From positions 42,388 through 106,387 of the forward strand of contig CAWGVG010000028.1 of the NCBI GenBank assembly GCA_963825865.1: a DNA stretch of 64,000 nt, given 5' to 3'. A model generated the notes under the pieces. The model was not told the origin of the DNA. It did no database searches and saw only the letters and a list, made by a program, of their open reading frames with translations. Position 1 is the first letter of the stretch. Each line of letters begins with the position of its first letter. Both the position numbers and the translations under genes were made by a program. Below, in pieces: positions 32,304-43,715 of the stretch. This stretch comes from an uncultured Nitrososphaeraceae archaeon (GTDB lineage Archaea > Thermoproteota > Nitrososphaeria > Nitrososphaerales > Nitrososphaeraceae).

Positions 32304-33512
32304 TTATTTTCTCCTCTCTTTGAGTTTGCCGTTAGTCCCTATTGCATTTGCAATTATTGATTGCAAACCCCAGATCTCTACGAATCCTTTTGCTAGACCC
32401 TGGTCAAAGGTAGACCCAGCGGCGTATGTTGCTAGATCATTTTTGTAAAGAGAATATTTTGACTCTCTTCCAACCACACGGAGCGATCCTTTTTGCATCT
32501 TTATTTTTACTTTTCCGTTAACTCTGTTCTGTGTTGCATCTATAAATCTATCCAAGTCTCTTCGAAGTGGATCTTGCCATAAACCCGAATAAATTAACCA
32601 GCTCCACTGCTCATCTACAAGCTGTTTGAATCGAAGCTCGTGTTTAGTTAATACCATCTTTTCAAGATCTTTGTGTGCTTCGATTATTGCAATAGCCGCA
32701 GGAGCTTCATAAACTTCCCTGGACTTTATTCCAACAACTCTGTCTTCTATATGATCTACTATACCTACTCCAAAGGAACCAACTTTTTCATTAACATATT
32801 CTATTAAACCATCCATGTTCATATGTCTGCCGTCAGCAGCGATTGGAATGCCATCTTCAAATTCTAATTCAAGATAACCTGCCTTGTCATTGTTGAATTT
32901 TACGAATTGAAACGCATCTTCTGGTGGTTCAAAGTAAGCGTCCTCAATGTTACCACCTTCAATTGCTCTTCCCCAAATATTTAGATCTATACTGTACTTA
33001 CTTGCTTCTGTACTAATTGGAATGTTTTGTTGCTTGGCAAATTTCATCTCGATATCTCTCGTGAGGTTCATGTCTCTTATTGGGGCAATGATTTTCAATT
33101 TTGGATTTATAGAACGGATTGTAACATCAAACCTAATTTGATCATTGCCCTTTCCTGTACAGCCATGAGCAATAGCATTGGCTCCTTCTATATTTGCCAC
33201 TTCTGTTGCTTTAGTTGCAATTAAAGGGCGAGCAAGAGCTGTTGCGAGAGGGTATTTGCCTTGATATAATCCATTTGCCTTAATGCACGGAATGACATAA
33301 GTCAATGCAAATTCTTCTTTAGCATCGATGTAAATATGCTTTATTGCACCGATTGACTTGGCATTTTTTTCAATTTCTTTAAAATCATCTTTCTGTCCAC
33401 AATCCACTGTTACAGTGATAACATCGTGATTGTGTATTGTCTGCAAATACTTGATACAGACCGAGGTGTCCAATCCTCCTGAATATGCGAGTACAACTTT
33501 GTCTTTTACCAT
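32304..33512 (-). CDS. argG: argininosuccinate synthase
   Basis: AYSGGLDTS, HGCTGKGNDQIRF, GIKSREVYEAP. Confidence 0.97.
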   Translation of the reverse strand: MVKDKVVLAYSGGLDTSVCIKYLQTIHNHDVITVTVDCGQKDDFKEIEKNAKSIGAIKHIYIDAKEEFALTYVIPCIKANGLYQGKYPLATALARPLIATKATEVANIEGANAIAHGCTGKGNDQIRFDVTIRSINPKLKIIAPIRDMNLTRDIEMKFAKQQNIPISTEASKYSIDLNIWGRAIEGGNIEDAYFEPPEDAFQFVKFNNDKAGYLELEFEDGIPIAADGRHMNMDGLIEYVNEKVGSFGVGIVDHIEDRVVGIKSREVYEAPAAIAIIEAHKDLEKMVLTKHELRFKQLVDEQWSWLIYSGLWQDPLRRDLDRFIDATQNRVNGKVKIKMQKGSLRVVGRESKYSLYKNDLATYAAGSTFDQGLAKGFVEIWGLQSIIANAIGTNGKLKERRK

Positions 33513-33588
33513 ATAATACGCGTTGCATTAATACCATTAAATTTATATTTTTTGGCCAAGAACGACCCTAATAAGGTTAGAATGAACA

Positions 33589-34272
33589 ATGACGGTCAGT
33601 GAGAAATCAATTAGCAGCACGGTTAAAGGCATCATAAATAGCGATCTTTCTTTCCAAGATTCATTGCAACACGATTATTGTAACATCACCGCACTTGCAA
33701 GATTAATCAAACCACAAATTGATCAAATACGAGATCGGAATACTAACATTGAAAGTATAATTACTGCGGTTAAACGTTCAAAAAATCTTTATAATGCCTC
33801 AAAGCTACCAACTGCGTCAATTCTTGCAAGTAGTACAATCAGTGTGAAGACTGATGTTGCGAAGTTATCTGCAGGCAAAAACAAGAAAACGATAGAGAAG
33901 GTTGCAAAGGCTTTAATACAAAACACAGACAATTTTATTAGCGTCTCTGAAAGTATTTTATCAATTACATTAGTATTTGATGATGCCGTATTGGATACAG
34001 TCAAAGCAATCTTTTCCAATTATGAGATTTTGGAAATTGAGGAAGATTTGGCTGCCATTATGGTTCACAGTCCAGAAGAAATTATTAAAACCCCTGGCTG
34101 TGCTATTGCTTTCTACAACCAACTAGCCCATAGGCATATAAATATTGAAGATACAGTCAGCTGCTATACAGATACTATTGTTCTTGTTAAAATGAGCGAT
34201 GTAGGAAAGGCATTTCATGCTTTAACCGATCTAATATCAAACTCACGCAAAATTCCAAAGAAAAGGCGATAA
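33589..34272 (+). CDS. ACT-domain protein with putative N-terminal DNA-binding region
   Basis: NITALARLI N-terminal motif; C-terminal ACT-like TPG...LAHRHINIEDTVSCYTD. Confidence 0.8.
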   Translation: MTVSEKSISSTVKGIINSDLSFQDSLQHDYCNITALARLIKPQIDQIRDRNTNIESIITAVKRSKNLYNASKLPTASILASSTISVKTDVAKLSAGKNKKTIEKVAKALIQNTDNFISVSESILSITLVFDDAVLDTVKAIFSNYEILEIEEDLAAIMVHSPEEIIKTPGCAIAFYNQLAHRHINIEDTVSCYTDTIVLVKMSDVGKAFHALTDLISNSRKIPKKRR

Positions 34273-34304
34273 GAGTTTTATTCTACTACAAGCTTGACGA
34301 GTTT

Positions 34305-35228
34305 ATGTACAGAAGGTACACACTAGATGAGGTTAAACGTAAAATTATCAATGTCTTACAAATCAATAGAACCGGTCTCTCAGGCATTGAACTTGCCGAT
34401 AAAACTGGAATTAACAGAATGACTATCACGAAGTATCTAAATGTTCTATCTACAATTGGTCTGATCAAGAAAAAAAAGTTGGGTTCTGTAAATGTGTGGT
34501 TTCTCGAAACTGGGGTTATAGACTTTGAATTTCCACTAAATTATCTTGAAGTTCAACAAAAATTTATGAATGCAATCATGGTTGGAGATGAAAATCAATT
34601 ACGACGAATTATAATAAATGTAATTAATTCCGATATCGAGCCAATAAAGATTTTAACACATGTCATCCTGCCAACTTTGAACACACTGAATGATCTTTAC
34701 AGCAGGGGCCGGCTGGGTAAGACAGAACGAATTTCTCTCTTAAATATGATATTGGATCTAGTCGATTTAATGAAGTTTAATGTGCAGCCTGTGGAAATTA
34801 AATCTAATGCATTTGCCATCATTGTGGCAGGCTCAGAAGATCGAATTTATTATGCCAAGATCGGAGCCGTGTCTTTGCAAATTTTAGGTTGGAATTCGTT
34901 ATACATAGGCAATGTTGAACAGCATATAGATCCATTTTTTGACATTGATTTTCAGCGTTATATAATGCAAGTTTGGAATAACAAAAAAGGCTTAATGATA
35001 ATATGCATTTATACATCTGAAGAAAGCTCTTTACGTTTTCTAAATGCCGCTACAAAGTCAATAAAGGCAAAATTGAAAGGGCGTGTTAATATAGTATTAT
35101 TGACCACACCTGAACTTCAGCTTGTGTCAGAAGATATTGGCGCTGACTATCACGCTAAGGACTTACAATCTTTAATTGAGTGGACCGAACGTGAATATAA
35201 AAAATTAAAGTGGCAGGATCTAAACTAG
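34305..35228 (+). CDS. wHTH regulator with B12-binding-like cap and Rossmann-like domains
   Basis: GLSGIELADKTGINRMTITKYL HTH; helical cap AIMVGD...VILPTL..LYSRG; LQILGWNSLYIG. Confidence 0.7.
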   Translation: MYRRYTLDEVKRKIINVLQINRTGLSGIELADKTGINRMTITKYLNVLSTIGLIKKKKLGSVNVWFLETGVIDFEFPLNYLEVQQKFMNAIMVGDENQLRRIIINVINSDIEPIKILTHVILPTLNTLNDLYSRGRLGKTERISLLNMILDLVDLMKFNVQPVEIKSNAFAIIVAGSEDRIYYAKIGAVSLQILGWNSLYIGNVEQHIDPFFDIDFQRYIMQVWNNKKGLMIICIYTSEESSLRFLNAATKSIKAKLKGRVNIVLLTTPELQLVSEDIGADYHAKDLQSLIEWTEREYKKLKWQDLN

Positions 35229-35730
35229 ATGATAGGTAGCAGAGTTGACATGCGGGCGCACTAAGAGAACTTGTTAATTCATTAGGTTTGCAGAGTAAGC
35301 TTATGATATCCTGTTAACCATTGCTAGACATTCTTATTCTGGTAAAATTCAATGACTAAATGCATCTGATGATGTTACGTGTGATGTATTCTCACTCTTT
35401 TAGAACTACTGTAAACATTCAATGTGATTTTCAAATTACTCGTCTGGCTTTCATTCCTGTGTAGCCTTCGCTGCCATAATCACCCACTGCAACCAGAAGA
35501 TTCCTTTGATAGAACTTTTTGCGTCACCAACTATTATTGCATCTATAAGCAAACCTCACTCCATGAATAACGCTCTTTAACTACGTCAATGCTTGTTTCT
35601 GTTTTTCTAACTTTAGTTTGTTATGATTATTCCATGATTTCTTGGTGTTATGTTTAATCTGCCAAAATATTTGTCATGGACTTTCCAGAATGTTTGAACA
35701 ATGAAATTTTTCAGGTCTTCTTTCATCTGT

Positions 35731-36239
35731 TTAAGATCCAGTGTTTTTGGTCAGTTTTTCAATAATTGCTTTATGTTCAGGGTACATCTGTATGAGTTTA
35801 TTTCTTTCTCCTAATTCAAAGTCTCGAAAATCAAAACCTGGTGATAGTGTACATCCCATTAATGAGTATGATGAACAATCACTGACAATTGCCCCAAACC
35901 AAGAACCAGCTTTAACTATGCTTTGGAACCTTTCTCCTTTTTCTAATCATTTCCAAGCATTATCGTCATTACCTTTTTATTTTCAAGAACATAGAGGATA
36001 ATAGGACTACCCGTATAAAAATGCCATATTTCATCGGATTTTATTCTGTGGAGTGCTGAAAATTGATGACCGTCTAACAAAAAGTAAATTGCACTTGAAA
36101 TAGAACGAGAGCCGTTAAATCCCATTAGAAGATCAACTGTCATATCAGACCTATAGGTTTCTCTATAATAACCACCTTCAGGATGTTCAGAAAGTTGAAG
36201 TTTCTCTATCCAATAACAAGCAGTGGATTTTTTATTCAT
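35731..36239 (-). CDS. DUF985 (cupin_5) protein, frameshift near 35950
   Basis: HPEGGYYRETYRS, HRIKSDEIWHFY, GCTLSPGFDFRDF. Confidence 0.88.
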
Positions 36240-36497
36240 AATAAAAACATATAGATATCGTATTATAGCATTTTAATTAGATCTTTACAACCGTTCTGGA
36301 AAAACTAGAAATAGCATCTAGAAAAGTACGTTATTCAATCGAGAAGCCCGTTGGAAATGTTTTCCACAACTTTAAGTCAACGTTTACTTCACGGTCCATA
36401 TTTACCAGCAAAATACCAACAATAATCTAACTATTTAATTGGAGCGAGAAGCGTACCTTCTGGCATAAAGAAAACATACCCAAAGATTAGGAAAGAT

Positions 36498-36890
36498 TTA
36501 ATGACATTTGTGTTTTCTCAACTTCTCTGTAATAGATCTATGTTTTTCACTCCAATGCTTTAGAAATTCTGTGACAATGGGCTCCAAATCACTTGATTGC
36601 AGATCTGCTGCTGTATTTCTAGCAAGTTTGCCCATGTCATTTCCATATTGCACACAACTCCAACAACCAATGAAGGGAATCAAAGGAGCTATATAGTAAC
36701 CTGCATGCTTACCAGTAAATCCCCATGCTTCACCTACCAAACAATACTTGGAATCATGAGCAATGATATGTTTGTCTTTTTCATCGAGGCCAAGTTTTAA
36801 TCTCTTAGACCATGTAGGACATACATATTCGAGTGAAAGATGGTGATTTAATTTGTGCTTTACCATTTTTTCACTCTGTTGAATGTTATT
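36498..36890 (-). CDS. hypothetical Cys-containing protein
   Basis: Protein-like core CPTW...CLVGEAWG...GCWSC...HW; start uncertain. Confidence 0.6.
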   Translation of the reverse strand, partial: NNIQQSEKMVKHKLNHHLSLEYVCPTWSKRLKLGLDEKDKHIIAHDSKYCLVGEAWGFTGKHAGYYIAPLIPFIGCWSCVQYGNDMGKLARNTAADLQSSDLEPIVTEFLKHWSEKHRSITEKLRKHKCH

Positions 36891-38055
36891 ATCAGTATTA
36901 TTGTTATTATTGTAAGACCGGCTAAATCTGACCATGCTATATAACAACGCAAGCATTTATAATATATTTTACCATCATTCTTTTCTTGCCTCTAAACATA
37001 ATGGTGACAGCAAGTACTTTACTACACAACCGAGGGATAAGGCAGCATTGCTATTTGATGCAGAAATAGAACCCAGTGGATAGATTATTTGATGGAAAGA
37101 ATGTCCAAAGATTTCAGTACCACGTAAAGGATCCTAATATGGGTCGAGAAATATTGGACTGTAAGCAAGAGAACATCCGAACAAATTGATGCATTATTAG
37201 CGAAGGTCATAACTTGCTCAAAATACAAAGGTTTGGTTTAGGTAAGGATGCAAGATACCAAACCTCCACACTATTTTTATCCTCAGAACGAGGTAGTTAT
37301 TATTTTTTGATATATGATTTAGTTTTAATTTAGATTACCCATAAGCGTATTGTTATACTTTTAATTAGATATTTACTTGTCACTATAATAAACTTGTTCA
37401 TATTCTGCCATGAATCTCTGCTTAATACACTCAACCAAATTAATTTTATTTTGCTTATCGTTTAATTCATTGCTATTATCTTTACTTTTGATGCCTAGCG
37501 ATTCTAATTCTGTTAACCACCAACCATCCTTTTCAGGATGTTCTTCGTAGAAAATATTGTCAAACAATTCGGATCATTCCCAAGATATTCTTCACGAAAA
37601 TATAAAAAGGTTTTTTCAAGCAAGGATATGAATTGGTATAACTATTGTTTAATTGACTAAACCGTAGTTATACCAATAACTACCGAACGCTAGTATGTTG
37701 TTTGTTTTTTTCGCATTATTGTTGCTGTGCATTGATGTAGACATAAATTTAGCATAACACTAAAATATTTTCAACTTTGCTTAGTCCCTCATCTTGAGCT
37801 TTTGTTACACTCCTCTCTGTTGGATATTTTTTTGTTCATCTATGTCTTCAACCTTCTGGTAATCTTTGCTGTTTTTAATCTTCTTAATTCTACGTCAGAA
37901 AGCAAAACTATCCTATACTAAAAGTCACAGTTTCTGCCTTTTTATCAAAGCTCTTAAATCCTGTTTTTCTACCTTTAGGTCTATTGTATCCCTAAACAAC
38001 GAAAAATATTGACGAAGTAGGAGTTAGTGTTTTAATTTTCTCACATGATATAGAT

Positions 38056-38559
38056 TTAAGGAAATTTGCTAGTTGCATCAGTGGTAAAAAGAATTTCTAC
38101 AAATACTCTATATTCTAGATGAGTAGGATTATCAATTAAATGATCTTTAGCAAAGTCAGGATTGTTGATGCCTTTCAGTTCTTTACCACACTTAATACAT
38201 TTGATTGTATACTTTCTAGGAGGAGGAGTTGGCTTTTCTCTTAATGCAATTATACCTGATATTATATACAATGCTAATCCTGGAATACCCCATATTTGTA
38301 CTGTTAAAAATAGAATAATTCCACAAGACATCAGTATAATTCCTACAAGTTTTGTATTTTTTATATAAAACACAACAACAATCGCTGCTATGTTAATTGC
38401 AATTATTACAATCGCAATAAGGACTGCGGTACCTAAGAAAAGAGCTAAAACTGGAATACCAGTCAAACTATTTATAAAAACATAAGCAAAAACGCCTAAT
38501 AATGGAACGACAAGACCAAGAATTGCAGTAATTAATGTAAATTTCTGATATAACTTCAT
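38056..38559 (-). CDS. 4-TM membrane protein with C-terminal C2H2-like motif
   Basis: Four hydrophobic helices, then CIKC...H.....H. Confidence 0.65.
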   Translation of the reverse strand: MKLYQKFTLITAILGLVVPLLGVFAYVFINSLTGIPVLALFLGTAVLIAIVIIAINIAAIVVVFYIKNTKLVGIILMSCGIILFLTVQIWGIPGLALYIISGIIALREKPTPPPRKYTIKCIKCGKELKGINNPDFAKDHLIDNPTHLEYRVFVEILFTTDATSKFP

Positions 38560-39475
38560 TTGTTACACTATGTATTGTTATTATTATTTATACCAATCAA
38601 ATAATGCTACTCCATTATACTTAAGGAAGCCTTCCTTGCTTTCACTATCTTCACTATAATAAAAGAAGTTGAGTTTTTTCAACATCCCAATTAGAAATTG
38701 TTCCGTAAAGGCCAAAGTGGAATAAGTTATATGAATCCTGCATGATGAAATTAAATGATTTTATTAATTTATTCAACAAGGTTTTACTTTTCTTGAAAAG
38801 AAATCTTTTTCGAGATTTAGGAACGCAAAGGATAACTTTAACATATGTAGTGTTATGAATGGCTTTTCCATTGCTCAGAATTCTTTTGGAAAGCATTAGC
38901 GGTACTGTCAGGTATAATTTGTAGCAATTGCTTAAAAGGGAATTGCATAGCCTGACGATACCGTTAGCAAATTTATATGATTTAGTGTTTGCTATAACTA
39001 GCCTAGAAGTAGATGCCTTCGCAAATAAAAATAATACAACTCCTGAATATGAATATAAGTATAAGAACAACCCAGGTGCAGGCTCCATAGAAAGTTCTAA
39101 TCGTCCTCCACCACCAATATAATTCCACTATGGAATAGCTTTGACTTTTCTCTGTATGTGTGTTAGGATAGTACATCTGTTGGAACAAATGGCTTGTGAT
39201 AAATTAGTAATACCGTTTCTATGTGACTAACTATAGATAGTATTAGTATTATTTTACATCAGCTTTGTTTAATTTTATATCCCAAAAGAACTTGATGGAT
39301 AGATGAAGCATATAGCTAAACAAGTCATAATTATGAATTTTAATTGAACCTACAATCCTAAGAGAATAGCCTGAACGGGCTCAGTATAATGCAGTTGAAA
39401 AAATCATAAAAGAATATTTAAAAATTATAATTCCTTCAACGAACTGTTATAACTAATAATTACCTGTGTTAGCAT

Positions 39476-39724
39476 ATGGGAAAAAACGAAACGGAACAAC
39501 AAGGGATGACATCAGCAACTCAGTGGGCAGATCTAATGGGACAGCTTTTCGATAGACTAACAGGAAAAGGAGCGGTAATATCATATAGTTTTAAAAACTT
39601 GGAAGTAGACATTCCAAAAGCAGCAGGTCCACAAGGGCAGACATTGGGTAGTGCTAAATGGGTGGTTAATGGTGAGTTAGTCATAAAAGCTCAAGCTCAG
39701 ACATCCAGTGAAATAGGGAGATAA
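39476..39724 (+). CDS. conserved hypothetical small protein
   Basis: QWADL...LFDRLTGKGAVISYSF...AKWVVNG; intact ORF with upstream TATA-like TTATAA. Confidence 0.7.
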   Translation: MGKNETEQQGMTSATQWADLMGQLFDRLTGKGAVISYSFKNLEVDIPKAAGPQGQTLGSAKWVVNGELVIKAQAQTSSEIGR

Positions 39725-40033
39725 ATAACAAAGAATATATAGAAATATTTGATTGCAAAGAGAAATTGTCTAGACAAAGAACTAAAAGGATATGGTTAAA
39801 ACGCCTATTAGTAAATGATCGTGATGGTATTGATTTTTTCAACTTTTAATTACTACAACAAAAACTACCAGTTACAGTTTTTCATCATCATATTCGCCAG
39901 TAGTAAAACTAATATTGTCATGTTACCAGCGGGAAAGTGGTGACACTCATTAAAGGTTTAAATGAAGTAATTCAAAAAAACAACACCAACTAGGACTAAC
40001 ATATGCTAAAGCCCGTTCCTAACTATCACAACC

Positions 40034-41188
40034 CTATAATCTTTTCAATGCAGTCACCAATTTATCGATATCTTCTTCATTGTTGTAGAAATGAGGAGAA
40101 ACTCTAATACCGTTTCCTCTTGCTGATACAATTATTTTTTTCTTCTTTTTCAATTCTATAACGACATCAAGAGGCTTTCTCTCTTTTGGTTTAAATACAA
40201 TTATTCCTGATCTATACTTTTTCTCTTCTATTGGTGATAGAATTTCGAGGTTCAAATTTTGGAGCTTATCTATTAAATAATCTGTTATTTTGAGAATTCG
40301 TCTTTCGATTTGGTTTATTCCGATTTTTGATATATATTTAATTGCTGCATTTAATGCAATTATATTTGGAAAATGTGGAGTGCCTAATTCAAATCTCGTT
40401 GCTGTATTGGATACATCCAATTTTGTGTTATTATTGAAATTTTCTCTACTCTTTTGACCAGATTGACTAAAAAATGGTGGCTTAAATTTAAGATTTCTAA
40501 AATATTTCTTTTTTACATAAATAGCTCCGATCCCAAAAGATGATAGAATCCATTTATGTCCGTTTGATGCCATAAAATCAATACCAAAATCTTTAACATT
40601 AAAATATAATACCCCTAGTGATTGGGTGGCATTTACTACAAAATAGAGTCCTTTTTGTTTTGTTAGTTTGCCAAGGTCTTCTAAATCTTGTCTAAAGCCC
40701 GTAGAATATTGCACATGGCTGGTAACTACTGTTTTTTTTGTTTTGCCATTATCTTGATCAATCATCTTTTCAATATCTTCTATGAGTATTTTATTGCCAT
40801 CTCTTGCACATACGAATTTAATATCATTTGTATTTCTATTAAGCCAAGGCAAATTAGAGGAAGGAAATTCTAATTCATTTGATATTACAATTCCCTTATC
40901 TGAAAGCATATGAGCAATAATATTCATTCCTTCGCTAGTAGAATGGGTAAATGCTATTTCTTCTCTACTATTTGCTCCAATAAACTTTGCATAAAGATCC
41001 CTGGTTTCTTCCAATTTGGTTACCCATTCATCCCATAATGTTCCTCCATTGTTTAGTAGCTGTTGGTAAAAAGTTAATACTTTGTTGTATACTGGTATAG
41101 GTATAGGAGAAATTGCTGCATTAGCTAGGTACACATATTTCTTTATAATTGGAAAATCATCTCTGAATCTCCTCCAATTTCTTGGCAT
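40034..41188 (-). CDS. class V PLP-dependent aminotransferase/lyase
   Basis: YLANAA, STSEG, TQSLG, SNGHKW (PLP Lys), FELGT, IRVSPHFYN. Confidence 0.9.
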   Translation of the reverse strand: MPRNWRRFRDDFPIIKKYVYLANAAISPIPIPVYNKVLTFYQQLLNNGGTLWDEWVTKLEETRDLYAKFIGANSREEIAFTHSTSEGMNIIAHMLSDKGIVISNELEFPSSNLPWLNRNTNDIKFVCARDGNKILIEDIEKMIDQDNGKTKKTVVTSHVQYSTGFRQDLEDLGKLTKQKGLYFVVNATQSLGVLYFNVKDFGIDFMASNGHKWILSSFGIGAIYVKKKYFRNLKFKPPFFSQSGQKSRENFNNNTKLDVSNTATRFELGTPHFPNIIALNAAIKYISKIGINQIERRILKITDYLIDKLQNLNLEILSPIEEKKYRSGIIVFKPKERKPLDVVIELKKKKKIIVSARGNGIRVSPHFYNNEEDIDKLVTALKRL

Positions 41189-41548
41189 ATTTATTCACCA
41201 ACTTTCATTAGAGTCGTTAATTTCATCATTATCAGTGCAGACAGCAGTATTAATCACAAAATCAAACCTCGTCCTGTGATTGTCTTCTATACAATATAGC
41301 ACAAGAATCAGCATTTTTCAACACTATGAAGGCAGAAGAAGATTTTAGGTGAAAGTTAAATGTCTGAAGTAACGTTCTTTACTTGCAATGAATGCTATGA
41401 TATTTTGACGACCTGCAGCATAAGCTTGTTGTTGCTGTGAGATAATGAGACTTTCTACAACTACCATGGCTAACAATCCGTGCTGCTACTATAGCAATTA
41501 CTGCTTATAATGTTTTGTCGTTAAACATTTTACTTCCTTGTTGGTCAC

Positions 41549-41812
41549 TCAAACTATATGTAAAGAAGCTAAATCCTGTTTCTCCACTACTACATAGTTG
41601 TCCTTGGATATTTGGTAACCTTTCTTTATTTCAGATCCTGGTATTTCTTTATTTTCTACAGAACACCATTTTTTGTGTTGAATTCTATGACCTTTGTCAT
41701 CTAATTGATTAAAAGAAAAGTCCTTGCTGCTATCCGTAGCCGTATGGATCTTTACTGGAATATTAATAAGCCCAAAAGATATACTTCCTTTCCAAATACT
41801 TCTAGAGGTCAT
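41549..41812 (-). pseudogene. ku: NHEJ Ku protein, 5' fragment only
   Basis: RSIWKGSISFGLINIPVK...SFNQL...EIKKGYQISKDNYVVV; no Ku continuation seen downstream. Confidence 0.88.
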
Positions 41813-42216
41813 CCTTAATTATGTTATTATTTTGCTATTGATTTAATAGCTTGAAAATAATTAACTAATGACTTTCACTATAACCATTCTTGATAATAAT
41901 AGCGGATCACAATTCTATTGTATTTATTTATAGTTGAATTATTACTCTTTAAGACACTATTCTGCATAAAATGTTAACTATTTGAGTTAATAGATTATAA
42001 GTTACTGTAACTGAATTCCTTTATACCATTCTCTGCTACAAGAAATGCTGCATAATTATAGAACTTGCCGGTGGAAACTGTCTCCATTTGAAAGTCAGGT
42101 TGTAGAAGGTTACTATCAGCGGAATGGTTATAATGCGTAATCACAATCCTGTCATAATACAATATATAAAATAATCAACATAGAGAGAGAAAAAAAAGAT
42201 ACAAAATGTTTCTACG

Positions 42217-42360
42217 TTATTCTAATGCATCTTTTGTTTTTACTTTGGCTTTGTTAAGTGTTTCAGAGCTAGGTTTGCCTTCAGCATGATCTTCTTCGGT
42301 TTTCATTTTCGCTTCCGAATCTTGAAATGTATTCTTTATTTTTTTTGCAATGTCTGTCAT
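42217..42360 (-). CDS. 47-aa highly hydrophilic peptide (hydrophilin/CsbD-like), not in ORF track
   Basis: MTDIAKKIKNTFQDSEAKMKTEEDHAEGKPSSETLNKAKVKTKDALE*; TATA-like CTATTAAA ~25 bp upstream. Confidence 0.6.
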   Translation of the reverse strand: MTDIAKKIKNTFQDSEAKMKTEEDHAEGKPSSETLNKAKVKTKDALE

Positions 42361-42559
42361 CAGTAAATATAACGACAATATGGTTTAATAGCCATTGTAT
42401 AAAATGTTCTTACTTGCTATTACCTTTATTGTCAGTATACGAAGTCTTCTAATATGCGGTTATGTTATCATTGCAGCCAAGATTTTTTATCGGAAAGCTT
42501 GAATTACCTATATATGTGAAAATTTGTGTATTTTTTAAAAAGGAAAATAATACTGAGGT

Positions 42560-43715
42560 CTATATGACTTGACCTGTACATGTTACTGCCATAATACCGA
42601 TAAGAAATACTGGCAACAGGATACTGTCTCTTAATGTAGCACCAAGCATAAGCACAGCTATAGCCGCCCCTATGCTATAGATCTCAGCTGTGTACTTTGC
42701 TCTCTTTGAATTAGCTGATGATAACATAGGATTAGTCATTACTGATGTCATTTGTATTATTCCTAGTGCAAGCAAGCAGAGGAAAGTAGAAGCACATAGA
42801 AGCCATTTCTCTGAAGACTGCAAAGCTAAAGCTTGATTACTTAGAACTATATGTTCTACACTAACTCCAAAAGCTGTAAAGCCAATTATCAACGGAAAAT
42901 GTATGTACAACCAAGTAACGTATATTCCGATTTGTTTATTCTCGCGAAGAGCTCTGATTTCTGACCATCAACACTATCAAAGTATATCCATCACAAACTA
43001 AATGCTATGCCTAACCCAAGTCCTGCAGATAGTATAGAAGGTATAGTCCTATTGTGAGCTGCAATTCCATTAACAACTCCCAATATGGAGATGCCTAAAA
43101 CAATAATTGTAAACGATCCAAAACGCTCAGGTAAATGCTGTACATGAGGTGCAAATTGTACCTGAAAGCTGTCTTGCAAACAACAAAGGAGTGCCTATAT
43201 CAACCCCTAATCCAATTATCCAGAAAATGAATCTAATTGGTGGATGTACAAATGCAGATGCAAGCCATATTCCTGCTGCAATAGAAAATCCTATGGAATA
43301 TCTGGTAGTAAGCTGATGCACTTCTGGAACATGTCTTCTCGTACGTAGATATTCTATTACAAGAATGGTACGTATTACCGCATAAGACAATGCAAACCAG
43401 ATTGAGTTCTTACCTAGTCCATCAGGTATGCTTACTGCCATAAAAGCAGGAGGAGCAATCTGTAATAGCATGGGAAGTCGATGTGCTAAATCGTCAGTCT
43501 CAAATCTCGTTGAATAAAATGTAACACCAATCCATGACCATCACACTGGGATAAAAAGTGATACAAAACCAAGAAATCCATATACAGAGACATCTTGATT
43601 GAGATCTCTACTCAGCTGAAAGACGATGATAGCAACAATCAGGTCGTAAAAGTTTTCTAACCATGTAACATGACGCTCTTTGTAACTTTCCAACTGTTTA
43701 TTCCTATTATTTTTC
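42560..43715 (-). CDS. ltrA: low temperature requirement protein A, several frameshifts
   Basis: ERHVTWLENFYDL, YSTRFETDD, HLPERFGSFTIIVLG, YIHFPL; start approximate. Confidence 0.8.

Noticed and set aside
11840-33224. Many antisense ORFs (e.g. 11840..12253, 23548..24006, 28190..28618, 29861..30292)
   Set aside because: They lie opposite well-supported genes and carry no motifs
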